From Bugula neritina (lineage: Eukaryota; Animalia; Bryozoa): a stretch of 64,000 nucleotides of DNA. The notes beneath the pieces are model-generated. The model was given only the letters and a program-made list of their open reading frames with translations. It was not told the origin of the DNA and searched no databases. The stretch covers positions 14,910,633 through 14,974,632 of the forward strand of contig OZ037769.1 in the NCBI GenBank assembly GCA_964035545.1, written 5' to 3'. A program made the position numbers and the translations under genes. Below are positions 1-13,683 of the stretch, piece by piece (position 1 is the stretch's first letter; the number at the start of each line of letters is the position of its first letter).

Positions 1-5
1 CTTAC

Positions 6-755
6 CTGCTACAACACTATACAAGACAATGGCATGCCATAGATCCTGAGAAAACACAGAGACTCCTAATCCTAACATAAGAAGAGAGCCTCCCAATATT
101 TCCGTAAATCTACAACCCAGTTTCTTGACAAGTATTGAAGCTATGGGACCTGAATACAAAGCATAAACTGAGAGATGGAGGTGCCATGACACCTAGCACA
201 GGAAACTAAAACAGTCTGCCTACATTTTCTATTAAAATATAAATTAAAATCAACAATATTATGAAAAAATTATTCAAAGTTACTTAATGCAACTCATAAC
301 CTTTAATAAAAATGCTTTTGTTAACATTGCAAAAAATAAACAACATATACATCGCTTTTAAACCAGCTTTACATAATCAGCTGCTTTCAATACTTTTTGA
401 AATGCTCTTTGATAAGTTTCATAAACAATTTTATTTCGGACCTAGTGTTCTTTAATTATACCTTGACTATTTTATCCTTTCAAAAATTTATTAATTAACA
501 ATTTATTGCAAACTATGTCAAATATTACAAACTATAATAATGCTTACTAAACAGAAACAGCACACCAAGATATACAGATCCAATTAAACTTCCTTTTTGA
601 AGATTAACATTAAAGAAGTCTTGGTGAATTATTGTCAAGTTACCAGTAGTCCCGAAACTGAATCCAATATGGACAAAGTGAGAGAGAAATGAAAAGAAGA
701 GTATAATCCAAGCATAACCCTTGTCCTTTTGAAATGTTGGTCCTTTGAACGCCAT
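6..755 (-). CDS. SLC16/MCT-family MFS transporter, paralog A (5' part only; continues beyond left edge)
   Basis: Exon 1 is 755-548 (208 nt, MAFKGPTFQKDKGYAWIILFFSFLSHFVHIG..., donor GTAAGC) and exon 2 is 149-6 (144 nt, acceptor TTCAG, donor GTAAG). It is a near-identical inverted copy of paralog B exons 1-2 and intron 1. Confidence 0.85.
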
Positions 756-2699
756 AGCTAGTGAAAAAAAAGCACATGATTAGTCAACTTAATTACAAAC
801 ATAGTGAGCATATAAACAATATAATAAAATGAATAAAATCAGAATTATCTAAAATAATCTTAAAGTGATGAAAAAGTTAGTAAAAAATAATTTTTTTGAT
901 TTTACATATTTATTCTTCAAAATTTCATACTTTGACTTAACACTTAAACATCATTTATAATAGGAATTATAAAAGTTTTGATCGGAAATATTTTTTGTGA
1001 CAACATACTTTCAACTTAAGTGAAATATTGACTTTACAAATTTGCTAGTTTCAAAAAGATGTCGTGCAGCTTCAGTGAGCAAACAAATAAAGAATGCAAA
1101 CAGGCAACTCTTCTAACTGTTTTTAGTGTGAATCGCATTTTATTTATAAATGCTGTGAATTTCTCAATACGTCAGCTTGTCTGTAAACTTGTCTTTAGTT
1201 ACCGTTTACCATTCACCTGTTCTTGCCACAATTGTAACCAAACTATTCTATAAAATACAGCATTATTACATCAATCAGTTTTTTTTACATAAAGACTGCA
1301 GCAAACACGCATGCATGTACGTCATAAAAAATCTAAATTACAACACTACTAAACACTTAGGACTCCGTGACACTTTAATAGGGTTTTCCCTATAAATTGC
1401 ATTGTCTTCTTATTGTGTTATTTCAAATAATACTTACGTATAAATGAAAGCAACTATAAGTATGTTCCTATGGTGTTACCTAATCTTTTTACTTTCCTAT
1501 AAACAAGCATTGCTTGTCAATAAACTTGCTTATGTAACCAAAACCCATTATGGGTATTTTACTTTTCTGTTGCTCTGCCTCAGCAATGACTTAACTTTAC
1601 AAATTTTTTTCATTTCTCACATCAAGCAAAAAATAGATCTTGGAGAATTGATCCATGCAATATCATTACATAGTTACATGTATGTATACAGTGAACCTTG
1701 GTATTCAATCCCCAACAATATCATCAATTAAACAATATATTTATTATAATTTTTTCTCAATTTTTTCCTCTGTGTAAATTTAATAATTTTGACAATCTTT
1801 TTTACACTTTATAGACCCTTAAATCTTCTTTTGGGTATAAGAAATTTATGTGCAACCTTATGTACTCCATCTTTAAGTTAATGGCCTAAAATAATATAAT
1901 TGCTCATAAAAATACAGTGTTAAATGTTTCTTTAGCTGCAAAAACAATATTAATAAAAAATTATACATGTTTTAGTAAACTTCAAGTGTTTTAACACAAG
2001 TATGGTTATACAAACCATAAGATAAGCAATTCTAAAGCAAGTTTTTTTATTATTCTAATTAACATAATATAAAGTGTTGAATCATGCATGATAGTTAATG
2101 TTTACAAAGACAGCATGCATGTACTATATTCACATTACTGCATGTTTCTTAAAGCAACCAATGAAAACAGAAAAAAAATTATAGTTTAGCAAGTTTGCTT
2201 CTACTTAAACTCTCATTTTAATAAAAGAATCCCACCTTTAATAATACGTAACTCAAACTGTAATATATATATATATATATATATGAATTTTACGGTTACC
2301 ATTATATATCAATGAAAAGGTATGCAAAAGACCTTATATTGTGCCTTTTAGGCATGAATTAAACAACCTTTTATATACTATATTGCAACTTTTTTTCCAA
2401 TAACCTGTTACTCTGTCATGCACTGCTTGAGTTGGTTATTGCTGAAAACCATAAACTTAATTCTAAAGAAATTCATCTACACCAACGATGTTAAACTTGC
2501 CAGTAAAAATGCAAGTCTCACTTAAAAAACTTAAGTTAATATAATAGGAAAAATAATTCATGCTATATAATATTCATTGCACAATTTTAGCTTACTTAAT
2601 TAAAACTGAAAGTAAAAATGATGGAAGTATTTTAAAAGTTTAAACCAAATTTTTAACGTGAATTTAAAGCTTTAAAAAGCTTTATACTAAAATCCATAG

Positions 2700-3190
2700 T
2701 AAGAGTTTTTTTTCTAGGTAAATAATAACATCGAACATTTTTATATACACAGTTTGATATTTTATAGAGAATAGCAAATTCACATAAATAATGCACATCA
2801 AATTATATGTTGGAACATACAAAGTTTTTTGTAAAGAAAATGAAATTGTTTTCAAAAAGCTACGGTTGACTATATCTATATATATGTGAGATTCTCACAG
2901 GGGAGAAAATTTAGTAAGCAGCATAATTATAAGGACACTTTTTTTGCTGTGACAAATGCTTAATTATGATTGATGAACTTTCCTCACGTATACAATCACT
3001 CATAGCCAAATACTTTACTAAAACTAAAAGCTCTCTGCACTATTCATAGACACCCTATGGTTTTGTAACAGATTGCATAACTGTCTACAATTAGTGTTAA
3101 GTGACTACACCTGCCAAAAGCTATATAACAGTTTTAGATAAAGGTGGAGCATCGTATGTCTAACAATAGATGACTCTCGTTTTGTGCTGC
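2700..3190 (+). pseudogene. Direct-orientation copy of paralog B intron-2 sequence (relic of a deleted paralog)
   Basis: 2761-2870 (tttatagagaatagcaaattcacataaataatgcacatca...caaagttttttgtaaagaaaatgaaattgttttcaaaaagcta) matches 9570-9666. Similarity continues to ttttgtgctgc (3190 vs ~9994) and then stops. Confidence 0.7.
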
Positions 3191-3230
3191 TACTCTGAAG
3201 ATGGGTACAGTGGTACCCGAAATATCAGTG
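3191..3230 (+). ncRNA. Minimal type I hammerhead ribozyme-like motif (Penelope-like retroelement type)
   Basis: TACT-CTGAAGA-T-GGGTAC-agtg-GTACCC-GAA-ATAT-C-AGTG. It has the CUGANGA and GAAA core boxes, a perfect 6-bp stem II, palindromic AUAU in place of stem III, a UC cleavage site (after 3226) and a 4-bp stem I (TACT/AGTG with one G-U pair). Confidence 0.6.
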
Positions 3231-3309
3231 TAATTACTTTACCTAATAAAGTAATAAATCAACAATGTTTCTCGTATACCTATTTATAATCAAATTGCTA
3301 GCTCGTAAA

Positions 3310-4075
<766 letters not shown>

Positions 4076-4129
4076 TCATGACCTTATACATTTACATAGC
4101 TTGGAAATTGTATTAACATACTTTTACAG

Positions 4130-4330
4130 CTGTAGGATTTCTGGTAAAAGATATGGAATATTACTTGTTAGTAGCTGCATGAGGAGTTTTAGAAGCTCTC
4201 GCTATTTTTCCAGTTGTTATAAACAGTTTCAAGAAAGGAAAGACAATTCATTCAGTCGAAAGTTGATTGGTTGAGCAGATTGTGTTGTCTTTAGTTTTAT
4301 ATACCCAAATTGTAACAACAAAACTGAAGG
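4130..4330 (+). pseudogene. Orphan degenerate SLC16 last exon (exon 9) plus 3'UTR, closest to paralog C
   Basis: ggtaaaagatatggaatattacttgttagtagctgcatgaggagttttag...aagaaaggaaagacaattcattcagtcgaaagttga aligns to 27966-28105 with indels. The downstream 'gcagatt...ttagttttata...ttgtaacaa' matches the C 3'UTR (28114-28160). No upstream exons are present. Confidence 0.75.
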
Positions 4331-4574
4331 ACCTGTCAATAATCAATATTTCTTGCAGTAGTATGTAAATAAGAAGCCGTGCACAAATGTATATTTGTCT
4401 TTTAAGTTAGTTTTTACATGCTGTTCCACAGCAATTTGTGTAAATATTTATCTATACCTTGAAAAACTGTTGTGCCTTTTTCATATTATTATCGAACTAA
4501 TTGAATTGTTTGTTAGTTTTATTCAAATATCAAGCCTGATAACCATTTTATATTATAATATCATACTTGCTATA

Positions 4575-5800
4575 AATTAGTACTGTTCACCCTAATCAAA
4601 CATACAGTTTCAGTTGTACCAACAAATATAAGTTAAGACTTAAAATAGTATTGCTGACCTAGTACACATGGTTCATTACCCAAATGTGCCAACATAACTA
4701 GAGTAAAAAATGAAGATGGTACAAGGAATGTAGCTAAAATGGCTACGCATTTCATTTGCATCTTATAAGATTTAAAGTAGCTTGGTAAAACTTGCTATTA
4801 CCAGTCTCTGATACAGTTGAGAGCGAGGCGAATACTCAAAGTAGTACTTATGTAGATCTACAGTCAAGTGGTTCAACTTCTCAAGCGGATAAATATAATT
4901 TGATAATGATTTATGTAGTATCTCAGGCTATAAAGTGTTAAGAGGAAGGAAGTGAATTCTTTATGGAGAGATGATATGCTCAGGCCATGACTTTCTACGA
5001 CAAGGCCTTTGAGCTCTTCCTTAAGGAAGAAGTCAAGTTGTTTGCTGTCATTCACTCAGCCTTGTGAAAGATTATATATGGAAGCTGTTCAGATGCGACT
5101 CCAACTACCAAAAGGCTTGTGTGCACAGAGGGAAAGCTTAGATGGAGCTTACACAGATCTGAGAGTCTAAGCAAGTTCTTGTAGTTAGTTATTAGTTGCA
5201 GAAATCATGCAGCCGTTATTCTAAGCATTCCTTTAAACTAGCAATCTATCTATTGAAACCAAGACTGCTGTGGCAGTTTATATATAAAGACTCACAAGCT
5301 TGTCATATTCAGTGATCAGACTTTGAGTTTTTTGCATCATCAACTTCAGATTTACTCCGGTGGAAAATTTTTATTCCAGAGTTTTCGTCTCCCGTTGAGG
5401 CAAAAAAATTGGCTCCATTTCAACTCCCCTACTACCAAATCGTAGTCAGGCAATATAATAGTGTTAATTAGCCTATCGTAATTGATATGAGCAAATGGCA
5501 TCAAGAGATGGTGATACACACTTTCTCATTCTATGCAAGTTACAACTCTGGATCACTTTAAAGCATTGTTATAAGACTGCTAACAGTTATTTGAATATCA
5601 TTGTTAAAAAAAAAAATGAAAAAGTAAACTGATTGTTGGAAATTCTTTTACTCCATTATCACTGATTATAAAATTTTTGAAATAATCAATTATATTGTTT
5701 TGATTTTTTGATTATGTATTTGCAAATTTAAGTTTTTTACGTGAGTGCACTGCAGTAGAAAATTAGCTGTTGGAATCTAGGATAAGTAAGATCCTTAAGT
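4575..5800 (+). repeat. Rearranged duplicate of the paralog B 3' flank
   Basis: 4581-4642 (tactgttcaccctaatcaaa...cagttgtaccaacaaatataagttaag) matches 14754-14812. About 5000-5760 (caaggcctttgagctcttccttaaggaagaagtcaa...) matches about 13793-14510. Confidence 0.7.
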
Positions 5801-8459
5801 TTCTGACAAAAAAACATTCCCGGCACAATTCCATCACAATGGGAATACAAAAACATTGACAATAATAAAAGTTATAAAATAAGTAAAATGGAAAATAAAA
5901 CTGCAACATATAATATTGTATGATATACTGAGGTTTGATGTAAAGACAGGTTGTCGGTCATTGAATAAAGTCCATCATTTTCCAATTAGCAATATTATCT
6001 TTAAGGATTTGCAGTCATCAATCATTACATCATATTTTTATGATCTTATAATATATTTTTACAGCTTGGTAATGGCACTAACATCCTTTTGTAGCTGTAA
6101 GATTTTATTTTAAACAAAAGTCTGAATTTTATACTATTATTTATATAACTTGAACTATATTATCTCTTATATATAGATAGGTTACGAGTGCAAAATGTTC
6201 ATTGTTTAATGGTAAAAACAGTCTTTTGTATTTTCCTATTTGACATTATTTGCCAAATAAAATATGTTTTTCAGTGTAGCTTAATTTTGTGTGCAAGCTA
6301 ATTTAAACTTTTTTTTTTTAATATTGCAAAACGGAGCAAACTTCATAAAAAATCTTTTGATAGTGAAAGGCACAATAGCATTATATAATATATAGCAATT
6401 GAAATCAAGTTTACAAGTATTATAAAAATAATTAAGTGCCGTTGATTTTTTGTTCATGACACATTTGATTTTTACAATTATTATTAATAAAACAAACTTC
6501 AATATAATATCTTTAGAATTCCATTTGTGGTATTCAGCCATAAACATGTTAAACAGTGGGCAGAGTAACAGCTCATCATTAATGAAGTTAAAGAGTAGAA
6601 GAAGGGATACCTTTTTTTACCAAATAGCTTTAGATATATAAGGTTTTTTGTGTACCTTTTAATTGATATATAACCATTACCACTAAACTTATATTATATA
6701 TACATGATTTTAGTAAACAAAAGATTCTCTCATTAAAATGAGAGTTTATATAGGTGAATGCAAACTTGATAGACAATGAAGCTTTTTTGTTTTCATCAGC
6801 AGCTTTAAATAAATTCCTAATATATATTATTATAAGAAATATTTTCTGTTTCCATTGGTTATATTATAAATACATGCAATGTAATATTATTTTGCCTTTT
6901 TTATAAATATAAAACATTATAATAAATAAGTGTTATCAATATAAAACATCATGAATGATTTAACACTTTGCAAGTGTTGAAAATATTTAAAAACTTATTT
7001 TGTTGCATATTCATATCTATTATTGCATCATAGCTTTCTTGTCATACGGGCTTTAAGAGAAAAAGCTATGTAAAGCGTGCAAATAAAAGCCTTACGCTTT
7101 ATACACGTATTGCGTTACTCATGGCTCTTTCTTTACTAGTCAGCTTTATAACATGTTAAATGCTCAATAAAATTTATTCTCATAATACTAAAATATGTAA
7201 TTTATGTAATTTATTTTTTTCCGCAACTGAAAAAGTATTTAATCCTGTATTTGCATGAGCGAAAGTATGTCAGTTTTAACCATTAACTGAAAGATGGAGT
7301 ACTTGAGCCTGCACATAAATCTGCTACACACAAGAGAAAATTTGAAGGCTTAAAGCGTAAAGAAGTTTGTCAGAAAAAGCTATTTTAAAAAAAAAAATTC
7401 GGAAAATTCCCAACAAAATATGTCGATGATATTGTTGAAGATTAAAGATAGGCGTTTAACAAATAAATATTTGATTGGTGCTACTGGATCAATTCTCTAT
7501 AGAAGGTATTTATTTGTGTACGGAAGGAAAAATTTTGTAAAATCACGTTGTTGCAAGACAGATTAAGCAACAGAAGAGTAAAACATGGTTACCAAAGTTT
7601 GGTTACAGACAAGTTTAATGACCAGCATTATACTCACTACTGGCTTAGTAGAGATTATACTAGGAGATTAGGCATAACCATATAGAAGCCTACCCATAGA
7701 ACAATTGTTTTATTGCATAAGTATTATTTGAAAGATTAGGTGATGTATGCATATAACTGTTAGACAGAAAACTGTAAATAAAACAATGAAATGAAGAAAG
7801 ACTCTATCAAAGTGTCACGCAGTCAAAACTGTCAAGTTATATCATAAATAAGACATTGTTATGAACCACTTGTGTCCGCAGTCATTGTGTAACAAAATTG
7901 GTTGATGCAACAAAGCTATATTTTAATGGATATGTTGAAATTACTTGATGTAAGAACCTGTGGAGGGTGAACGCAAAGAAAAAGCGGAAGCAAAAAGTAA
8001 AATGCTTTGTAATGTTTAACTAAAGACAATTTACGGGCAAGCATACTCAAAGATGACGTATTAAGAAGTTCACAGAAGTCATATATAAAGCAGTACACAC
8101 TGAATAACAGTTAGAAAGTTGATGTGATTAAATTATTATTGTTTGCTCACTCAAGCTGCAAGATTTGTTTTTCAAAAATTTTAAAAAGTTATCTTTCATC
8201 TAAATTAAAAGTATGTTCTTATGAGAGAAAAAATTTTAAATTAAAGATCATGAATGTGATTTAAATTATTTTTTGGTGCTATGTCAAAGAATGTTTCGAT
8301 GAAAAAAATTTGAAATTATCAAAACTAATTTTTATTAATTCCGTCACTACTTTAAGATTACTGTATAGTTAATCTTAATTTGACTTATTTTATTATGCTA
8401 TTCTTGTTTACCATGTTTGTAATTAAGTCTACTATAAATCACTTGCTCTTATTCTAGCT

Positions 8460-11400
8460 ATGGCATTCAAAGGACCAACTTTTGAGAAAGACAAGGGTTA
8501 TGCTTGGGTTATCCTCTTCTTTTCATTTCTCTCTCACTTTGCCCACATTGGATTTAGTTTTGGGACTGCTGGTAACTTGACAATAGCACATCAAGATTTC
8601 TTTAAAGTTAATCTGCAAAAAGGAAGTTTAATTGGATCTGTATATCTCAGTGTGGTGTTTCTGTTTGGTAAGTATTATTATTGTTTGTAATATTTGACAT
8701 ATTTTGCAACAAATTGATAATTAATAAATTTTTGAAAGAATTAAATAGTTAAGTTAACTGAAAAACACTAGGTTCGAAATAAAATTGTTTATGAAACCTA
8801 TCAAAGGGCATTTCAAAAAGTATCGAAAGCAGCTGATTATGCAAAGCCGATTTAAAAGCAATGTATATGTTTTTTAGTATTTGCAATGTTAAGAAAATAG
8901 CATTTTTATTAAAGGTTATGAGTTGCATTAAGTAATTTTTAATAATTGTTACATAATAATTATGCTAGTTCAACTTTTGGTAAAACACGTAGGCAGGCTG
9001 TTTCAATTTTCCTTGCTAGGTGTTATACGTACGGCACCTCCATGTCTTAGTTTATGCTTTGTATTCAGGTCCCATAGCTTCAGTTTTTGTCAAGAAACTG
9101 GGCTGTAGATTTACGGAAATATTAGGAGGCTCTCTTCTTATGTTAGGACTAGGAGTCTCTGTGTTTTCTCAGGATCTATGGCATGCCATTGTCTTGTATG
9201 GTGTTGTAGCAGGTAAGAAAGACTTTCTTAGTTTACATATCCTACTCTTTTTGTATCAATGAATCAAGTACACACATTAGGTCATTATATATATATATAT
9301 ATGTACATAAATGTGTTGTACAACCATGAAGAAAGGAATTTTTGTCATAAAAGATTAGTAGGAAAAAACTTGAGCTTTTATTTACATTGTTTTTTCCACA
9401 TGAATTCTACAAAAGATAAATCATTCAAATTATTTAAACACTAAAGGTTTAAATCTGACACACTTAAAAATGTGTATTTATTATAATTTTTTTTAACTTG
9501 AAGAAAAAGTAACAATTAACTTTTGTTCTAAATAACAGTTAAAATCCTAAATCTTTCTATAAACTCGATTGTATAAAGAATAGCAAACCTACATAAACAA
9601 TGCATATCAAGCTGTTGAAATGTACAAAGTTTTTTGTAAAGAAATGAAACTGTTTTCAAGAAGCTATTGCGGACTGTGTTTCAAATGAGATTCTCCCAGA
9701 GAAGGAGATTTTTAAGCAGCATAATTATCAGAGCTCTTTCTTTGTAACAATAAATGCTTCATCATGATTGATAACCTTTCCTCACGTAATCAATCACTCA
9801 TAACCAGATACTTCACCGGAACTAACTGCTATATAATGCACTATATTAGGACATCCTGTAGTGTTTTGTAACAAGTTTCAGAACTAGCTTCAACCAGCTT
9901 TAACTAACTATACCTGCCAAAGTTATATAATAATTTTAGATGAGTTGGTGGAAAATGATATGTCTAACAATATAGGTGACTTGTTTTGTGCTGCAAAAAC
10001 ATTATATGTTTATTTTGCTGTTAAAAAATTCAAGTCTATATCTAAAGTACTAATTTTCTATTATAAGTTTTTTCTAAACTAGGTTTTACTTTTAATATTG
10101 TATGACACATTCAGAGTTGCAACTAGCTGCTAACATAATCCTTTTGGTGTACCTTAGTTAATTACATCTACCCAAATCATTGCGTATACACATTCTATTT
10201 TTGGTCTTTTAAGCATACAATATATTAAGCTTCAAGCATGTTTCTTTAGGTATTGGTGCTTCCTGCTGCTATACTGCAAGTTCCCAAATATTGGCCATCT
10301 ACTTCAACAAGCTTAAGTACCTAGCGTTTTCTCTAGCAGTACTGGGAATTTATGTTGGTCTAATGACATGGCCCGTCCTTTCTCAATTCCTACTCAATAA
10401 GTTTGGCTACTCCCACACTATGGGCATCATGGCATGTGCTCATCTACTGCATATCATAGCTGGAATATCTTTCTTTGAACCCCAAGAAAAAAGCTTAGCA
10501 GGTAAAGCTATGAATTATTGTGTAAAAATAATTTTTTTCATTGAATTGCAGAAAGAATTAAAAATAACTTGGTAAAGCTGACAAATCTCTGCAATTTGTT
10601 GCTGAAAGTTTTGTCTTCTACGTTCTCATTTGTTGCTGCACACTCTCCCTAACTATAATTATATCATAAAATATAACTCTTCTTTTCAGACAGTCCCTCT
10701 AAACTTGTACAACAAATAGATTTGTTTTTATCAGGTACTACAGACAAATCTGATGATGTTACTTCTGTTAGTTCTGATGAACCCAAGGAAAAATTTGATG
10801 AGAGTTTGGGTAAAGACAACTTTGCAATAGAACTTAATATGGTGAGAATCAATTTTTACCAGTACTACACAACAAATGGGGCCAATAAATGTATCGTATA
10901 CTATGTTCTATTGTTGTTACTCTGAGTGTTATAGAAATTTTACAGAATCAGCTTCAGATATAAACAGCATAAAGTCCGATTTTAACATAAAGCTAATTTT
11001 CTTTTTTTATTTCTGTACTTTAGGAAGATTTCACAAAAGATAAAAGTGCAATATCTAGGAACAGCATCTCAGATAAAACATCTTCAGATATGAGCATTGA
11101 ATCGACAAAATCTGATCTTAAAGCAGATTTTATCAGCGTTTTAAAATCTTGGAAGGTAAAAAAACTTGCACTTAGTTTATTGTTTACAGTAAAATCAGTT
11201 ATAAATCAACACAAACTTGAAGTGTTCAATTGTACTGCAGATGTTTTCTTTTCAAATGGAGGCAAGCTTAGCTAGAGGGTATATATGGTAGTCAAACAAA
11301 TATTAGGCATATGTTTTATCTTACTTGACAGATTAAAGAAAATTTTTTTTTTTATACTCATTATTTTTATTCTGAAAATAAATTTCTTTTCTGTAAATAA

Positions 11401-13683
11401 GTGTTTTGAATAAGCTTTCAAGTCCAGTATTAGTGTCTCATTATCTTTTTGTGTTGCAACATGTTATCATAAAATCATGTTGCCCCCACTAAATTTCAAA
11501 CCTCCGGTTTGCTAGCAGCTAGGTGAGCTAATCATGCAATACACAACAAGATCCAATTGGTTCATCTATTTATCCTTAATTAAAGTAGAAATAATTTTGA
11601 ACATTGGTAGATGTGGCTGTTTATAATCAGCGGAATGCTCTGGAATGTCAATACTGCGGGATTTTTGCTCTTGTTGAATGACTACATTGTTCACAATACT
11701 AGTATGGATAAAGATGAGGCAGCTCTAGGAGTAACTATAATGGGTAACTTCATAAAATAATTATATCTGTATGTGCAAATATTTGGCAAAGTGCAAGATA
11801 TGCCACCTGATTGTGTGTGCTGTGTGTGTTTAATGTGTTGTGTGCAATGTACGTGCATCTATATGCGCATTTTAGCTGATAGGACACAATAATTTATAGA
11901 ATCTCTGTAAATTCAGGTGGTGATTCTTAACCTTTATATATTTAATGAAGTTTAAGCACATTTGATATTATTATATAAAATTACTGCACGCAATAAAGTC
12001 AACTGCTGTTAATACCGGTTGTAATTTTAGGAAAACAACTGACTGTAAGGGCAGTTGAATTGTTAAATTTTAAATTATTTCGTGTTATGTTTTTTCGAAT
12101 ATACTCTATGCTGTACAGGATCAACAGCATCTACTTATTGAATGTTAAACCTGCAAAGCTGTTACATAATCAATAATGTTGTAATTCTATAGTTTCTTTT
12201 TATCATCATTGCACAGTGTTTTTGACTTTTCTGAAAGTTTTTTAGACACGCCATATCGAGTGCCATATTTAGCGCCATGTTGATCGCTAATATCTTGATT
12301 GGCATGATGACCTAAAAATGTTATTTAAATTTCTAACACTCAAATACTTTAAGACTGACATAAACATCACCACAAAAATGAACCTATAGTATCTTTATCT
12401 TTGCAGGTATTGCTAACATAGTCGGGTGTGTCTCTGTTATTCTCACCAGCTCTCTCAAGTTTAACAGATTCCTTCTCTACTTTATTTCGGTAGCAGTCTT
12501 TGGAGTAGCTGCCGTAGCGACATCTTTTACTAACAGCAAAGTATGATTACTATTATGAAGTATAGTATGTCCTTTTTGTAGCAACATAATAACAAACTTT
12601 TTTGAGCTTCTTATAAAGGTTACAGATAGTGAAAAGCTAAAGCCAAATTATTGTTTTGAATTGAAAACATGTCAGCCCCTTGATTTTTAATTTAACGTAT
12701 TAATTACTTGTATATACATACAGTGTATATATGACAAACTGCAAACCAGTATGGTCATTTAACATAAGATTGTTTGCTCCTAAAAATGTTATCCCCGCAT
12801 CTAGTTTTATTGATTACAGAATAATTACATCTACATTATATGCTGATATTAACGCAAATGTTGTTTTAACAAAAAGATTATTATACTTGATCTACTTTAG
12901 AAGTATTAGAAGAGTGGTAAGTTATTTGCCAATATAATTTTATATAATATATACAATAACAATATATTCTATCAAATTATACTATTTATTATTCAGGAAA
13001 TGTTTTATGGTTTGGGAATCCTGTGTGGATTAGGACGTAGTGTCACTATATCCTGTTTACTTGGGGTAGCCAGTGATCTCTGTACTACCAGTCAACTTCC
13101 TCTACTGTTTGGACTAAAGTTATTACTTAAAGGTATTGGAGGACTAACGTTCATGCCCCTGGCCTGTAAGTTATATTCAGCCATATTACTTAATATATGT
13201 TAGCATAACTATGGAGAATTTGCATTAAATGAAAAACAGGTTATATTAACGATATTTAAAGATAAAGCTGTTATAAAACTTTTTAAACAAAAATTCTATC
13301 GGGTTCGAATAAATGAAGCATAATATTTTTAAAATTCTTGCTTTATTATTGCGCAATAATTATTGTTTACAACAAACTTCGCATGTGAATAAAATTAATA
13401 AGGGACGTTAGTTTCTTGATAATTTTAATATAACAAACATATGTTTTATGTTATAGCATTTATTGGAGAAGCTACTGGTGAAAGATATGGAATAATATTT
13501 GTTGGTAGCTGTGGAGTTTTAGCTGCTTTGGCTATACTTCCTGTTGTTATAGACAGTTTAAAAAAAGGGAAGACAAATGATGCAGTCGAAAGCGTATTGT
13601 CTAACATCCCAGTCTCTGATATAATTGAGGACAAGGACAATACTCAAAGTAGCACTGCTGTAGATCAGCAATCGAATGGTTAA
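8460..13683 (+). CDS. SLC16/MCT-family MFS transporter, paralog B (complete, ~516 aa)
   Basis: Exons 8460-8667, 9069-9212, 10250-10501, 10690-10841, 11024-11155, 11611-11743, 12407-12540, 12997-13165, 13457-13683. All introns are GT-AG and the frame is open over 1551 nt. SLC16 hallmarks: DKGYAW (DGGWGW-like) before TM1, KLGCR after TM2, YFNKLKYLA (YFxKRRxLA-like), a large hydrophilic TM6-7 loop, and 12 hydrophobic segments. Confidence 0.9.
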
